Positions 20,534-33,204 of a stretch of 64,000 nucleotides of DNA are shown here, piece by piece. The notes under the pieces were generated by a model. It saw only the letters and a program-made list of their open reading frames with translations. It had not been told where the DNA came from and did not search any database. Location: the NCBI RefSeq assembly GCF_030384885.1, contig NZ_CP128613.1. The stretch is one strand, 5' to 3'. The stretch comes from Escherichia coli (lineage in GTDB: Bacteria; Pseudomonadota; Gammaproteobacteria; Enterobacterales; Enterobacteriaceae). Position numbers and translations under genes: made by a program. Numbering within the stretch: position 1 is the stretch's first letter; every line of letters starts with the position of its first letter.

Positions 20534-21586
20534 ATGACAGATATTGCGCAGTTGCTTGGCAAAGACGCCGACAACCTTTTACAGCACCGTTGTATGACTA
20601 TTCCTTCTGACCAGCTTTATCTCCCCGGACATGACTACGTAGACCGCGTGATGATTGACAATAATCGCCCGCCAGCGGTGTTACGTAATATGCAGACGTT
20701 GTACAACACTGGGCGTCTGGCTGGCACAGGATATCTTTCTATTCTGCCGGTTGACCAGGGCGTTGAGCACTCTGCCGGAGCTTCATTTGCCGCTAACCCG
20801 CTCTACTTTGACCCGAAAAACATTGTTGAACTGGCGATCGAAGCGGGCTGTAACTGTGTGGCGTCAACCTACGGCGTGCTGGCATCGGTATCGCGGCGTT
20901 ACGCGCATCGCATTCCATTCCTCGTCAAACTTAATCACAACGAGACGCTAAGTTACCCGAATACCTACGATCAAACGCTGTATGCCAGCGTGGAGCAGGC
21001 GTTCAACATGGGCGCGGTGGCGGTTGGGGCGACTATCTATTTTGGCTCGGAAGAGTCACGTCGCCAGATTGAAGAAATTTCTGCGGCCTTTGAACGCGCG
21101 CATGAGCTGGGCATGGTGACCGTGCTGTGGGCCTATTTGCGTAACTCCGCCTTTAAGAAAGATGGCGTTGATTACCATGTTTCCGCCGACCTGACAGGTC
21201 AGGCGAACCATCTGGCGGCAACCATAGGTGCAGATATCGTCAAACAAAAAATGGCGGAAAATAACGGCGGTTATAAAGCGATTAATTACGGTTATACCGA
21301 CGATCGCGTGTACAGCAAGTTGACCAGCGAAAACCCGATTGATCTGGTGCGTTATCAGTTAGCTAACTGCTATATGGGCCGGGCAGGGTTGATAAACTCC
21401 GGCGGTGCTGCAGGCGGTGAAACTGACCTCAGCGATGCAGTGCGTACTGCGGTCATCAACAAACGCGCTGGCGGAATGGGGCTGATTCTTGGACGTAAGG
21501 CGTTCAAGAAATCGATGGCTGACGGCGTGAAACTGATTAACGCCGTGCAGGACGTTTATCTCGATAGCAAAATTACTATCGCCTGA
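20534..21586 (+). CDS. fbaB: class I fructose-bisphosphate aldolase
   Basis: Track ORF 20462..21586; start moved to [16 protein letters not shown], giving 350 aa. Confidence 0.9.
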
Positions 21587-21613
21587 TACGCCTCATACGA
21601 ACAGCACTACCCC

Positions 21614-21647
21614 GTAGGGCGGATAAGGCGTTCGCGCCGCATCTGAC
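21614..21647. repeat. REP (repetitive extragenic palindrome) element
   Basis: gtagggcggataaggcgttcgcgccgcatctgac, typical REP consensus. Confidence 0.6.
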
Positions 21648-21670
21648 ATAAAACAACGTGCACTTTGTTA

Positions 21671-21698
21671 CGGCTTCCCCCGGGAGGCCGTTTTTATT
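21671..21698 (+). terminator. rho-independent terminator after fbaB
   Basis: GC-rich hairpin cggcttccc / gggaggccg followed by TTTTT. Confidence 0.65.
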
Positions 21699-21801
21699 GC
21701 CTGTCATTCTGGATTGATTTTCATATTGTCTTTTTTGTGATCGATATCGCGACATTTGGAAACAAAAAATTTCATTATATTTTGAAATCGAAAATAAATA
21801 A

Positions 21802-23959
<2,158 letters not shown>

Positions 23960-23968
23960 GGACGGTAT

Positions 23969-24418
23969 ATGACTAACCTGTTTGTTCGTAGCGGAATTTC
24001 TTTTGTCGATCGTAGCGAAGTTTTAACCCATATCGGTAATGAGATGATCGCGAAAGGTGTGGTTCATGAAACCTGGCCACAGGCATTAATTGCCAGAGAA
24101 GCAGAATTCCCCACCGGGATAATGCTTGAACAGCACGCCATTGCAATACCGCATTGTGAGGCGATTCATGCTAAGTCGTCAGCCATTTATCTGTTAAGAC
24201 CGGCGAATAAAATAAAGTTTCAGCAAGCTGATGATGATAACGACGTGGCGGTGTCGTTGATTATCGCGCTGATTGTCGAAAATCCGCAGCAGCAACTGAA
24301 GCTTTTGCGGTGCTTATTTGGCAAGTTGCAGCAACCAGATATCGTTGAAACGCTAATCACCATTTCTGAATCGCAATTAAAGGAATATTTCACACAGCAT
24401 ATTTTAGATTCCGAATAA
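23969..24418 (+). CDS. gatA: galactitol PTS enzyme IIA
   Basis: 149 aa; operon position. Confidence 0.9.
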   Translation: MTNLFVRSGISFVDRSEVLTHIGNEMIAKGVVHETWPQALIAREAEFPTGIMLEQHAIAIPHCEAIHAKSSAIYLLRPANKIKFQQADDDNDVAVSLIIALIVENPQQQLKLLRCLFGKLQQPDIVETLITISESQLKEYFTQHILDSE

Positions 24419-24452
24419 CCAAAAACCTCTGTACCAATAAAAAGGATTGATT

Positions 24453-24737
24453 ATGAAACGCAAGATTATTGTCGCTTGCGGAGGCGCGGTTGCGACCTCT
24501 ACGATGGCGGCGGAAGAAATTAAAGAGTTGTGCCATAGCCATAATATCCCCGTTGAAGTAATCCAGTGTCGGGTTAATGAAATAGAAACCTATATGGATG
24601 GTGTACATCTTATTTGTACTACCGCCAGAGTTGACCGCAGTTTTGGCGATATTCCGTTAGTTCACGGCATGCCTTTTGTTTCTGGTGTCGGTATCGAAGC
24701 ATTACAAAATAAAATTCTGACTATCTTACAGGGGTGA
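24453..24737 (+). CDS. gatB: galactitol PTS enzyme IIB
   Basis: Track ORF 24447..24737; start at [16 protein letters not shown] (94 aa), with the Cys of the CGG motif. Confidence 0.9.
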   Translation: MKRKIIVACGGAVATSTMAAEEIKELCHSHNIPVEVIQCRVNEIETYMDGVHLICTTARVDRSFGDIPLVHGMPFVSGVGIEALQNKILTILQG

Positions 24738-24740
24738 CCT

Positions 24741-26096
24741 ATGTTTTCAGAAGTCATGCGTTATATTCTCGACCTCGGCCCTACGGTCATGTTGCCGATT
24801 GTCATCATTATTTTTTCTAAGATATTAGGCATGAAGGCAGGCGATTGCTTTAAAGCGGGTCTGCATATCGGGATTGGCTTTGTTGGCATCGGCCTGGTGA
24901 TTGGCTTAATGCTGGATTCCATTGGCCCGGCGGCGAAAGCGATGGCGGAAAATTTCGACCTGAATCTGCATGTGGTCGATGTCGGCTGGCCGGGCTCTTC
25001 ACCAATGACCTGGGCGTCGCAAATTGCGCTGGTGGCGATTCCGATTGCGATTCTGGTTAACGTGGCGATGCTACTGACCCGTATGACGCGGGTGGTAAAT
25101 GTTGATATATGGAATATCTGGCATATGACCTTCACCGGCGCATTGCTGCATCTGGCAACCGGTTCATGGATGATAGGGATGGCGGGTGTGGTAATTCACG
25201 CGGCGTTTGTTTATAAGCTCGGCGACTGGTTTGCCCGCGATACCCGAAATTTCTTTGAGCTGGAAGGCATTGCTATTCCGCACGGTACGTCGGCGTATCT
25301 GGGGCCAATTGCGGTGCTGGTGGATGCTATCATCGAGAAAATCCCAGGCGTTAACCGTATTAAATTTAGCGCCGACGATATTCAGCGCAAATTTGGCCCA
25401 TTTGGCGAACCTGTCACTGTGGGCTTTGTTATGGGGCTGATTATCGGCATCCTCGCGGGTTACGATGTCAAAGGTGTATTGCAGCTGGCGGTAAAAACGG
25501 CGGCAGTTATGCTGCTGATGCCACGGGTGATTAAACCCATCATGGATGGTTTAACGCCCATCGCTAAGCAGGCCCGTAGTCGTTTACAGGCGAAGTTCGG
25601 CGGTCAGGAGTTCCTGATTGGCCTTGATCCGGCGTTGCTGCTGGGGCATACGGCGGTGGTATCGGCAAGCCTGATTTTTATCCCGCTCACCATTTTAATT
25701 GCTGTTTGTGTTCCGGGTAATCAGGTACTGCCGTTTGGCGACCTTGCCACCATCGGCTTCTTTGTTGCGATGGCAGTTGCCGTGCATCGTGGAAATCTGT
25801 TCCGCACCTTAATCTCGGGTGTCATCATTATGAGCATCACCCTGTGGATCGCGACGCAAACTATTGGTTTGCACACCCAACTGGCGGCTAATGCTGGGGC
25901 GTTAAAAGCCGGGGGCATGGTGGCTTCAATGGATCAGGGCGGTTCTCCCATTACCTGGTTACTGATTCAGGTTTTCTCCCCGCAAAATATTCCCGGTTTC
26001 ATTATTATCGGTGCCATTTATCTTACCGGTATTTTCATGACCTGGCGTAGAGCGCGCGGCTTTATTAAACAAGAGAAAGCCGTTCTCGCAGAATAA
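24741..26096 (+). CDS. gatC: galactitol PTS enzyme IIC
   Basis: 451-aa polytopic membrane protein. Confidence 0.92.
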   Translation: MFSEVMRYILDLGPTVMLPIVIIIFSKILGMKAGDCFKAGLHIGIGFVGIGLVIGLMLDSIGPAAKAMAENFDLNLHVVDVGWPGSSPMTWASQIALVAIPIAILVNVAMLLTRMTRVVNVDIWNIWHMTFTGALLHLATGSWMIGMAGVVIHAAFVYKLGDWFARDTRNFFELEGIAIPHGTSAYLGPIAVLVDAIIEKIPGVNRIKFSADDIQRKFGPFGEPVTVGFVMGLIIGILAGYDVKGVLQLAVKTAAVMLLMPRVIKPIMDGLTPIAKQARSRLQAKFGGQEFLIGLDPALLLGHTAVVSASLIFIPLTILIAVCVPGNQVLPFGDLATIGFFVAMAVAVHRGNLFRTLISGVIIMSITLWIATQTIGLHTQLAANAGALKAGGMVASMDQGGSPITWLLIQVFSPQNIPGFIIIGAIYLTGIFMTWRRARGFIKQEKAVLAE

Positions 26097-26143
26097 TTTT
26101 TACCTGAGGGGGAGTTTATCCCCCTTAATAATCAGGAGTTTTT

Positions 26144-27184
26144 ATGAAATCAGTGGTGAATGATACTGATGGTATCGTACGCGTTGCCCAACGAGTCATT
26201 CCTGAAATTAAACATCAGGATGAGGTGCGGGTAAAAATTGCCAGCTCGGGATTATGTGGTTCCGATTTACCCAGAATTTTTAAAAATGGTGCACATTATT
26301 ATCCAATAACGTTAGGCCATGAATTTAGCGGCTATATTGATGCTGTGGGATCCGGTGTTGATGATTTACATCCTGGCGATGCGGTTGCCTGTGTGCCGTT
26401 ATTACCCTGTTTTACTTGTCCAGAGTGTCTGAAAGGGTTTTATTCCCAGTGCGCAAAATATGATTTTATTGGCTCACGGCGTGATGGTGGGTTTGCCGAA
26501 TATATTGTCGTTAAGCGGAAAAATGTCTTTGCTCTACCTGCGCATATGCCTATTGAGGATGGGGCTTTTATTGAACCGATTACCGTTGGCCTGCATGCTT
26601 TCCATTTAGCGCAAGGTTGTGAGAATAAAAACGTTATTATTATTGGTGCCGGAACCATTGGCCTGCTGGCCATTCAGTGCGCTGTCGCGCTGGGAGCAAA
26701 GAGTGTGACGGCTATCGACATTAGCTCAGAAAAACTGGCACTGGCAAAATCTTTCGGTGCGATGCAAACATTTAACAGCCTTGAAATGAGCGCGCCGCAA
26801 ATGCAGCCCGTTTTACGCGAGCTGCGCTTTAATCAGCTTATCCTCGAGACGGCTGGCGTCCCGCAAACCGTCGAACTGGCGGTAGAGATTGCCGGGCCTC
26901 ATGCCCAGCTGGCGCTGGTGGGCACGTTGCATCAGGATCTGCATTTAACATCGACAACGTTTGGCAAAATATTACGTAAAGAGCTGACGGTTATCGGCAG
27001 TTGGATGAACTACTCCAGCCCTTGGCCGGGGCAGGAGTGGGAAACGGCGAGCCGGTTGCTGACAGAACGTAAGTTAAGCCTGGAGCCATTAATCGCTCAC
27101 CGTGGAAGCTTTGAAAGCTTCGCCCAGGCGGTGCGTGACATCGCTCGTAATGCTATGCCGGGCAAAGTGTTGCTTATTCCCTGA
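26144..27184 (+). CDS. gatD: galactitol-1-phosphate 5-dehydrogenase (Zn-dependent MDR family)
   Basis: 346 aa; GHEFSG zinc-ligand motif and GAGTIG Rossmann motif. Confidence 0.92.
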   Translation: MKSVVNDTDGIVRVAQRVIPEIKHQDEVRVKIASSGLCGSDLPRIFKNGAHYYPITLGHEFSGYIDAVGSGVDDLHPGDAVACVPLLPCFTCPECLKGFYSQCAKYDFIGSRRDGGFAEYIVVKRKNVFALPAHMPIEDGAFIEPITVGLHAFHLAQGCENKNVIIIGAGTIGLLAIQCAVALGAKSVTAIDISSEKLALAKSFGAMQTFNSLEMSAPQMQPVLRELRFNQLILETAGVPQTVELAVEIAGPHAQLALVGTLHQDLHLTSTTFGKILRKELTVIGSWMNYSSPWPGQEWETASRLLTERKLSLEPLIAHRGSFESFAQAVRDIARNAMPGKVLLIP

Positions 27185-27289
27185 AACCGCGGGCCAGCGT
27201 GATGCTGGCCCGGTATTGTGCAAAACAGATCATTCACCAATGGTCCCCCTTCGTTTACACTAGCCACAATTGAATATGGGTAAATGACG

Positions 27290-28063
27290 ATGAATTCATT
27301 CGAGCGAAGGAATAAGATCATCCAATTAGTGAATGAACAGGGAACCGTGCTTGTTCAGGATCTGGCGGGAGTATTTGCTGCCTCGGAAGCGACAATCCGT
27401 GCCGATTTGCGCTTTCTCGAACAAAAAGGCGTGGTTACGCGCTTTCATGGCGGTGCGGCGAAAATAATGTCCGGTAATAGTGAAACCGAGACCCAGGAAG
27501 TCGGGTTTAAAGAGCGATTTCAGCTCGCCAGCGCACCGAAAAACAGAATAGCGCAGGCGGCAGTCAAAATGATCCACGAAGGGATGACCGTTATTCTCGA
27601 CAGCGGAAGTACGACAATGCTTATCGCCGAAGGTTTAATGACCGCCAAAAATATCACGGTGATTACCAACAGTCTCCCGGCGGCGTTTGCCCTTTCCGAA
27701 AATAAAGACATTACTCTGGTCGTCTGTGGTGGCACGGTCCGCCATAAAACGCGCTCGATGCATGGCTCCATTGCCGAGCGTTCATTGCAGGATATTAATG
27801 CCGATTTAATGTTTGTCGGTGCTGATGGTATTGATGCGGTTAATGGTATTACGACCTTTAATGAAGGTTATTCGATTAGCGGTGCGATGGTCACAGCCGC
27901 TAATAAAGTGATTGCCGTTCTCGATTCATCGAAATTTAACCGTCGCGGTTTTAATCAGGTACTACCAATCGAAAAAATTGACATTATTATTACCGATGAT
28001 GCCGTGTCAGAGGTGGATAAACTGGCATTGCAGAAGACACGGGTGAAATTAATTACGGTGTAG
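27290..28063 (+). CDS. gatR: DeoR-family repressor of the gat operon; intact in this window
   Basis: Track ORF 27284..28063; start at MNSFERRNKIIQLVNEQG. One uninterrupted ORF with no IS sequence inside. Confidence 0.85.
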   Translation: MNSFERRNKIIQLVNEQGTVLVQDLAGVFAASEATIRADLRFLEQKGVVTRFHGGAAKIMSGNSETETQEVGFKERFQLASAPKNRIAQAAVKMIHEGMTVILDSGSTTMLIAEGLMTAKNITVITNSLPAAFALSENKDITLVVCGGTVRHKTRSMHGSIAERSLQDINADLMFVGADGIDAVNGITTFNEGYSISGAMVTAANKVIAVLDSSKFNRRGFNQVLPIEKIDIIITDDAVSEVDKLALQKTRVKLITV

Positions 28064-28144
28064 CATTGTTCTTTATGCCGGATAAGGTGTGTACACCGAA
28101 TCCGGCATCACTGATACTCCCTGAATTAAGAAAGAGAAATTTGA

Positions 28145-29044
28145 TTAACGCAATAATGGACAATCCGGTGGTAATCGACAGCGCAATGCTGCCGGAAGTA
28201 TTTCAATATGAAAGTTTTGTCCACTCAACGGTTCGCCATCAAGATTAAAGGTAATTTCGTGTGGCGCTTGTATATCGAACCACGCCGAAGCACCTTCGAT
28301 AATATTCGGGTTATCTTCGTCAGATTTTAAGGTTGATACGAGAGCCGGAAGAATTTCATCGCCGGTGAAAATGCGCAGTTGCAGTAAGCCGTCGTTAATT
28401 AATGCGTTCGGGCACAATTGCTGACCGCCACCTGCCTGACGGCCGTTACCAATACCAATGACTAGTGCGTCACCTTGCCAGTGAAAGTTTTCACCGCGGA
28501 TTTCACAACGGTCCGGTTGCAGTGTATCCATGCGCATTAAGCCGTGAATGATGTAAGAGACGCCACCCAGCGCTGCTTTTAATTTTTCCGGCGTTTCTGT
28601 GGTAATACGTGTCCCAAACCCACCCGTTGCCATATTAATAAAACAGGTTTGTTTGTTGACCTGCGCCATATCAATCGCAATAGCGTCACCAGCAATTGCT
28701 TGTTTCAGCGCCTTATCCAGTGCCTCAGGAATCCCTACACTGGTGGCAAAATCATTGGCGGTTCCTAATGGCAAAATTCCCAGCGCGGGTATGTCATCCC
28801 CCTCACACTGAATCAACGCCGTAGAAACTTCATTAATGGTGCCATCGCCACCACCGGCAATCACCGTTGCGACGCCCAACTTCCGGGCCTCTTCTACAAA
28901 TCGGGCGGCATCGCCTTTCTCCCAGGTGACCCGCACATGGATCGTCATTCCTTCCTCGCGCAACAGCATAATTGCTTCGCGCAAGGGTTGATTGTCAGTA
29001 CTTTTGCCGTTAAGAATCAGTAAGCTGGCGGGAAATTCTGCCAT
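28145..29044 (-). CDS. yegS: lipid kinase YegS (DAGK_cat family)
   Basis: 299 aa; GGDGT motif ([13 protein letters not shown]). Confidence 0.88.
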   Translation of the reverse strand: MAEFPASLLILNGKSTDNQPLREAIMLLREEGMTIHVRVTWEKGDAARFVEEARKLGVATVIAGGGDGTINEVSTALIQCEGDDIPALGILPLGTANDFATSVGIPEALDKALKQAIAGDAIAIDMAQVNKQTCFINMATGGFGTRITTETPEKLKAALGGVSYIIHGLMRMDTLQPDRCEIRGENFHWQGDALVIGIGNGRQAGGGQQLCPNALINDGLLQLRIFTGDEILPALVSTLKSDEDNPNIIEGASAWFDIQAPHEITFNLDGEPLSGQNFHIEILPAALRCRLPPDCPLLR

Positions 29045-29457
29045 AATCGTATGCCTTTATGATTGGTCTGTAGATAGTGTAGAGCAGAAAAGAAAAGGTG
29101 GAGTCAGAACAGGATGAAAATCGGAGGATAAAAAGTCAGTTCAAGTATGGGGGATTCAGTGGTTACCACCAGGAGCTTGCAATGGGGACAGTGAATGTTA
29201 ACGGTAGCCACCGATAAATTTCAAAAAAGAACATATACCTAATATTCAACTAAACAGTGGCATCTTCAATATCTTATTCTAAATATATTAAAGCCCTCAT
29301 GGGGGTACCTGGGAAGGGCCTTCATGTTTGTAATTCCTACTTATGTAGGAAATGTTGTACAGAACATTTATTATAATCCTATTCAATTATAATAATCATG
29401 CCATTATTATATTTAAACACCATAGCGTGTCGTTGGTATTTAATGGGGGAAGGTGAG

Positions 29458-29775
29458 ATGAAAAAGACAGCTGCTATATCATTAATTAGTGTTTTTCTTA
29501 TGTCTGGTTGTGCTGTGCATAATGATGAGACAAGTATCGGTAAATTCGGTCTTGCCTATAAAAGTAATATCCAGCGTAAACTCGATAACCAATACTACAC
29601 TGAAGCCGAAGCATCTTTAGCCAGGGGAAGAATATCTGGTGCGGAAAATATAGTGAAAAATGATGCAGCTAATTTCTGTGTTACTCAGGGCAAAAAAATG
29701 CAGATAGTTAACCTGAAGACTGAAGGGGCAGGATTACATGGCGTCGCGCGTCTGACATTCAAATGTGGAGAGTGA
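29458..29775 (+). CDS. yegR: small lipoprotein-like protein YegR
   Basis: Track ORF 29398..29775; start at MKKTAAISLISVFLMSGCAV (lipobox-like). Confidence 0.7.
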   Translation: MKKTAAISLISVFLMSGCAVHNDETSIGKFGLAYKSNIQRKLDNQYYTEAEASLARGRISGAENIVKNDAANFCVTQGKKMQIVNLKTEGAGLHGVARLTFKCGE

Positions 29776-29945
29776 GAATATTTTTTTGTAAGCGTCAAAC
29801 ATGCGCGTTCTGGTTGTGCGTAGCCGGAGCCTGTACGAGCACGATGCCGTTAAGTGAAAGGCATCGTGCTATGAAGGGGGATTCTATCGATGTGGTCAAT
29901 GGAAGACGGTCACCTGGGATCAATCCGTCTCTATGGTTTATGCAT

Positions 29946-30032
29946 AAAAAATAAGCCCGTGTAAGGGAGATTACACAGGCTAAGGAGGTGGTTCCTGGTA
30001 CAGCTAGCATTTTATGGGTTATGTTTTTCAGC
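29946..30032 (-). ncRNA. cyaR: CyaR (RyeE) Hfq-dependent sRNA
   Basis: Reverse complement reads GCTGAAAAACATAACCCATAAAATGCTAGCTGTACCAGGAACCACCTCCTTAGCCTGTGTAATCTCCCTTACACGGGCTTATTTTTT, which matches the 87-nt CyaR sequence as I recall it, including the terminator hairpin and U-tail. Confidence 0.9.
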
Positions 30033-30116
30033 GAAACGGATGATAACCTTAATAAATGCAGCTGTATGTGATCGGTTTCTAAGAATTTTCCATCCGGGAA
30101 AAATAATCGAAATTAA

Positions 30117-31478
30117 TCACTTACCGTGGGGGTTACGCGTGGTTTCCCCGGAGAAATTACGCATCAGCAGCGCGTAATTTAGCTCAAGATCCTGCGGGAC
30201 CGGGATCCACACAGTATAACCATCGCCCGGTGCGACCGGCATTGCTTCGCCTTTGGCGTTTTCCATATGCTCAAGGGTAAAGTTAATGTTCCCTTGCGGC
30301 GTCATCAGCTCAAGGCTGTCGCCAACGGAGAATTTATTTTTCACCGCTACCGCCGCGAGGTCGCCCTTGCGCTCACCGGTAAACTCACCAACAAACTGCT
30401 GGCGGTCAGAAACTGAATAACCGTATTCGTAGTTCTGATAATCGTCGTGAGTATGACGACGCAGGAAACCTTCGGTATAGCCACGATGCGCCAGACCTTC
30501 CAGAGTTTCCAGCAGGCTGGTATCGAATGGTTTTCCCGCAGCTGCGTCATCGATAGCTTTACGGTAAACCTGCGCGGTGCGTGCGCAATAGTAGAAAGAT
30601 TTTGTACGACCTTCGATTTTCAGCGAATGCACGCCCATTTTGGTCAGGCGTTCTACGTGGGCAATGGCGCGCAAATCTTTTGAGTTCATGATGTAAGTGC
30701 CGTGCTCATCTTCAAACGCGGTCATATACTCGCCCGGACGCTGGGCTTCTTCGATCATAAACACTTTGTCGGTTGGCGCGCCGATACCCAGCGTCGGCTC
30801 AACATTTTGCACCGGAATTGGCTCGTACTTGTGTACGATGTTGCCAACGTCATCTTCTTTACCTTCCTGGACGTTGTACTCCCAGCGGCAGGCGTTGGTG
30901 CAGGTGCCCTGGTTCGGATCGCGCTTGTTGATATAACCAGAGAGCAGGCAGCGACCAGAGTAGGCCATGCACAGCGCGCCGTGAACGAAGATTTCGAGTT
31001 CCATATCCGGCACCTGATTGCGGATCTCTTCAATCTCTTCCAGCGACAGTTCGCGAGAGAGGATCACGCGGGTCAGGCCCATTTGCTGCCAGAATTTCAC
31101 CGTCGCCCAGTTCACTGCGTTAGCCTGTACCGAGAGATGGATCGGCATTTCAGGGAAGTGCTCACGCACCAGCATAATCAGCCCTGGATCGGACATAATC
31201 AGCGCATCCGGCCCCATTTCCACCACCGGTTTCAGGTCACGGATAAAGGTTTTCAACTTAGCGTTGTGCGGTGCAATGTTGACCACGACATAAAACTTTT
31301 TCCCCAGCGCGTGGGCTTCATTAATGCCGAGCTGAAGATTTTCGTGGTTGAATTCGTTGTTGCGCACACGCAGGGAGTAACGCGGCTGGCCCGCATAAAC
31401 AGCATCTGCGCCATAAGCGAAAGCGTAACGCATATTTTTCAGCGTTCCCGCCGGGGAAAGGAGTTCCGGTTTAAACAT
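30117..31478 (-). CDS. yegQ: peptidase U32-family protein
   Basis: 453 aa; conserved position next to cyaR. Confidence 0.88.
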   Translation of the reverse strand: MFKPELLSPAGTLKNMRYAFAYGADAVYAGQPRYSLRVRNNEFNHENLQLGINEAHALGKKFYVVVNIAPHNAKLKTFIRDLKPVVEMGPDALIMSDPGLIMLVREHFPEMPIHLSVQANAVNWATVKFWQQMGLTRVILSRELSLEEIEEIRNQVPDMELEIFVHGALCMAYSGRCLLSGYINKRDPNQGTCTNACRWEYNVQEGKEDDVGNIVHKYEPIPVQNVEPTLGIGAPTDKVFMIEEAQRPGEYMTAFEDEHGTYIMNSKDLRAIAHVERLTKMGVHSLKIEGRTKSFYYCARTAQVYRKAIDDAAAGKPFDTSLLETLEGLAHRGYTEGFLRRHTHDDYQNYEYGYSVSDRQQFVGEFTGERKGDLAAVAVKNKFSVGDSLELMTPQGNINFTLEHMENAKGEAMPVAPGDGYTVWIPVPQDLELNYALLMRNFSGETTRNPHGK

Positions 31479-31681
31479 AATTCTCTCGTTCTGATGACAG
31501 GTCAGATCCGCTTCACCTGATGAAGCGGTTGGGGGAGTGCCCCCACTTTAAGGGCGGGCATTGTAGCGCAATCGGTGGGGTTGACTCCAGTGACAATGTT
31601 AAGGGAAAGACTGCGCATTTATTTCGTTTTGACTCCGATAGTCGTCAGGTTCAATTGTTATCAGTTGACCTTAATTTGGTG

Positions 31682-33082
31682 TTAAAGAAAGGGAATATAA
31701 CCCCATAACTTGTTGTGAAGTTCCGGATTGCAGGTAAAAAGCGCCTGAAGTTGCTGACGCTGAGGAGCATTTGGTTGAATGCCCGAAAGATTGAAATTGC
31801 GTTGCCATATCGCGAGCTGTTTACCTGCAAATTCTTCAGTTAGCTTGTGTTGCGATTGCAGAAGAAGAATTAAACAGGCCCATTTGTTCAAGTTATGATA
31901 CAGCCGACAATATGCGCAAGCATGTTTAACTGACGGTGCGTTTTCCAGCAACTTACGTATTTCCTCGAACGTAAGCGGAACTCGACACCATACACAGATG
32001 TTAACCATAAATCGAAGCCCGGAGGCGTCCGGGTTAGCCAGTGTGGTCAGAATAATCCCTTTGACACCACCATCAGGATTGGCTTTCGCAAGAATATACA
32101 TAGCGGCTAATCGCATTGGGAATACATCCTGTGATAATCCCCATTCTGCCAGTTTTAAAATATTGGCATCATGAATGGAGTCCAGCCCGTATAAAGCTGC
32201 CCGGCGCTGTGAGGGAGTATATTCAGTCGAGGTGACAACATGACGCCAGAATTGCACAACATCCATGACGTCATTAAGCATGTTTTTAGCGCGTAGACGG
32301 ATCAACATATTGTTATCCAGCAGTAATGCGCTGTACAACGCCGGAGGAATTTCTATAGCTCGGTCAGTAAGGCTAAACAACGTTGCTTGTCGAATACGCG
32401 GCCAGCGGTCTTTTAACAGACGAGTTAATACCGCTTCGCTTAACGGTAATTGTTGACGCAGCCAGTGGGTGACCGCCAGCATTCGTAAACCTTCGTCGGG
32501 CTGCTTGAGTATTAAAAGCAGCGAAGATTCATCATTAAAGTAGCCATATTCAATCAGCGTTTGTAATACTGCGCGGGAGAGTTTTTTATCAGGGCAAGTA
32601 AGCCAACACGTTAATTGTGGACGGCTATTTTCTGTCAATAAAAATCTAAGTATCTCGTCTACAAATGCACGGTGATCGTAACGCTGGCATTGGAGAAGGT
32701 TACGTATCAAGGGAAGATTAACGGCAAATGCCGCTGCATTCTTATCCTTCTTTAAATGACGTAACGCTATGGTTGCAGCAAGGCGAACCTCTTTTACCCA
32801 GTCATTAGCTGCAAGTAATAATTCTTCTATAGCTGCAACATCCTCTTTTTGTCCCAGACATTGCACGGCCTTTTCTCGTATATATCCATTGTGGTGATGG
32901 GTAAGCTGGCAAAGAACCAGAGTATCGTTGAGATCACAATCATGCGCTATATAATTGCCTGGATCGGCTATCATCGACTGGAGTTGTTGCTGGATAAGAA
33001 ATAATTCACAGTCAACAGAATTATTCATTTCGACGTTAAACAAAACCCTGCGTGTAAATAATGTACGCAATCCTTTGAGCAT
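31682..33082 (-). CDS. hypothetical alpha-helical repeat (HEAT/ARM-like) protein, 466 aa; not a gene I recognise at this locus
   Basis: Complete ORF in a visibly AT-richer stretch than its neighbours; recurring hydrophobic/Ala-rich helical repeats (WVKEVRLAATIALRHL, LRMLAVTHWLRQ, PMRLAAMYILAKA); no signal peptide or TM segment evident. Confidence 0.6.
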   Translation of the reverse strand: MLKGLRTLFTRRVLFNVEMNNSVDCELFLIQQQLQSMIADPGNYIAHDCDLNDTLVLCQLTHHHNGYIREKAVQCLGQKEDVAAIEELLLAANDWVKEVRLAATIALRHLKKDKNAAAFAVNLPLIRNLLQCQRYDHRAFVDEILRFLLTENSRPQLTCWLTCPDKKLSRAVLQTLIEYGYFNDESSLLLILKQPDEGLRMLAVTHWLRQQLPLSEAVLTRLLKDRWPRIRQATLFSLTDRAIEIPPALYSALLLDNNMLIRLRAKNMLNDVMDVVQFWRHVVTSTEYTPSQRRAALYGLDSIHDANILKLAEWGLSQDVFPMRLAAMYILAKANPDGGVKGIILTTLANPDASGLRFMVNICVWCRVPLTFEEIRKLLENAPSVKHACAYCRLYHNLNKWACLILLLQSQHKLTEEFAGKQLAIWQRNFNLSGIQPNAPQRQQLQALFTCNPELHNKLWGYIPFL

Positions 33083-33204
33083 AATTTTCCTTATCAGTTA
33101 TGAGGAGAAAACTCATTTCATGATTAATAATTTCCTGAGGGATAGTAACTCTGTGATGAGAGAAAATAAAGCCGGACGCCAACAACCTACGCCCGGCATC
33201 GTAA

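Noticed and set aside
27284-28063. IS element or prophage remnant expected from the K-12 arrangement (IS in gatR, ogrK/yegZ near cyaR)
   Set aside because: No transposase-like ORF, terminal inverted repeats or phage-like genes found; gatR is intact and the yegR-cyaR interval is only ~170 bp.
29763-29954. 63-aa plus-strand ORF downstream of yegR
   Set aside because: Overlaps the CyaR sRNA on the opposite strand; begins inside the yegR 3' end; no support for coding.
30702-31520. 272-aa plus-strand ORF
   Set aside because: Antisense shadow of yegQ (peptidase U32); no recognisable motifs.
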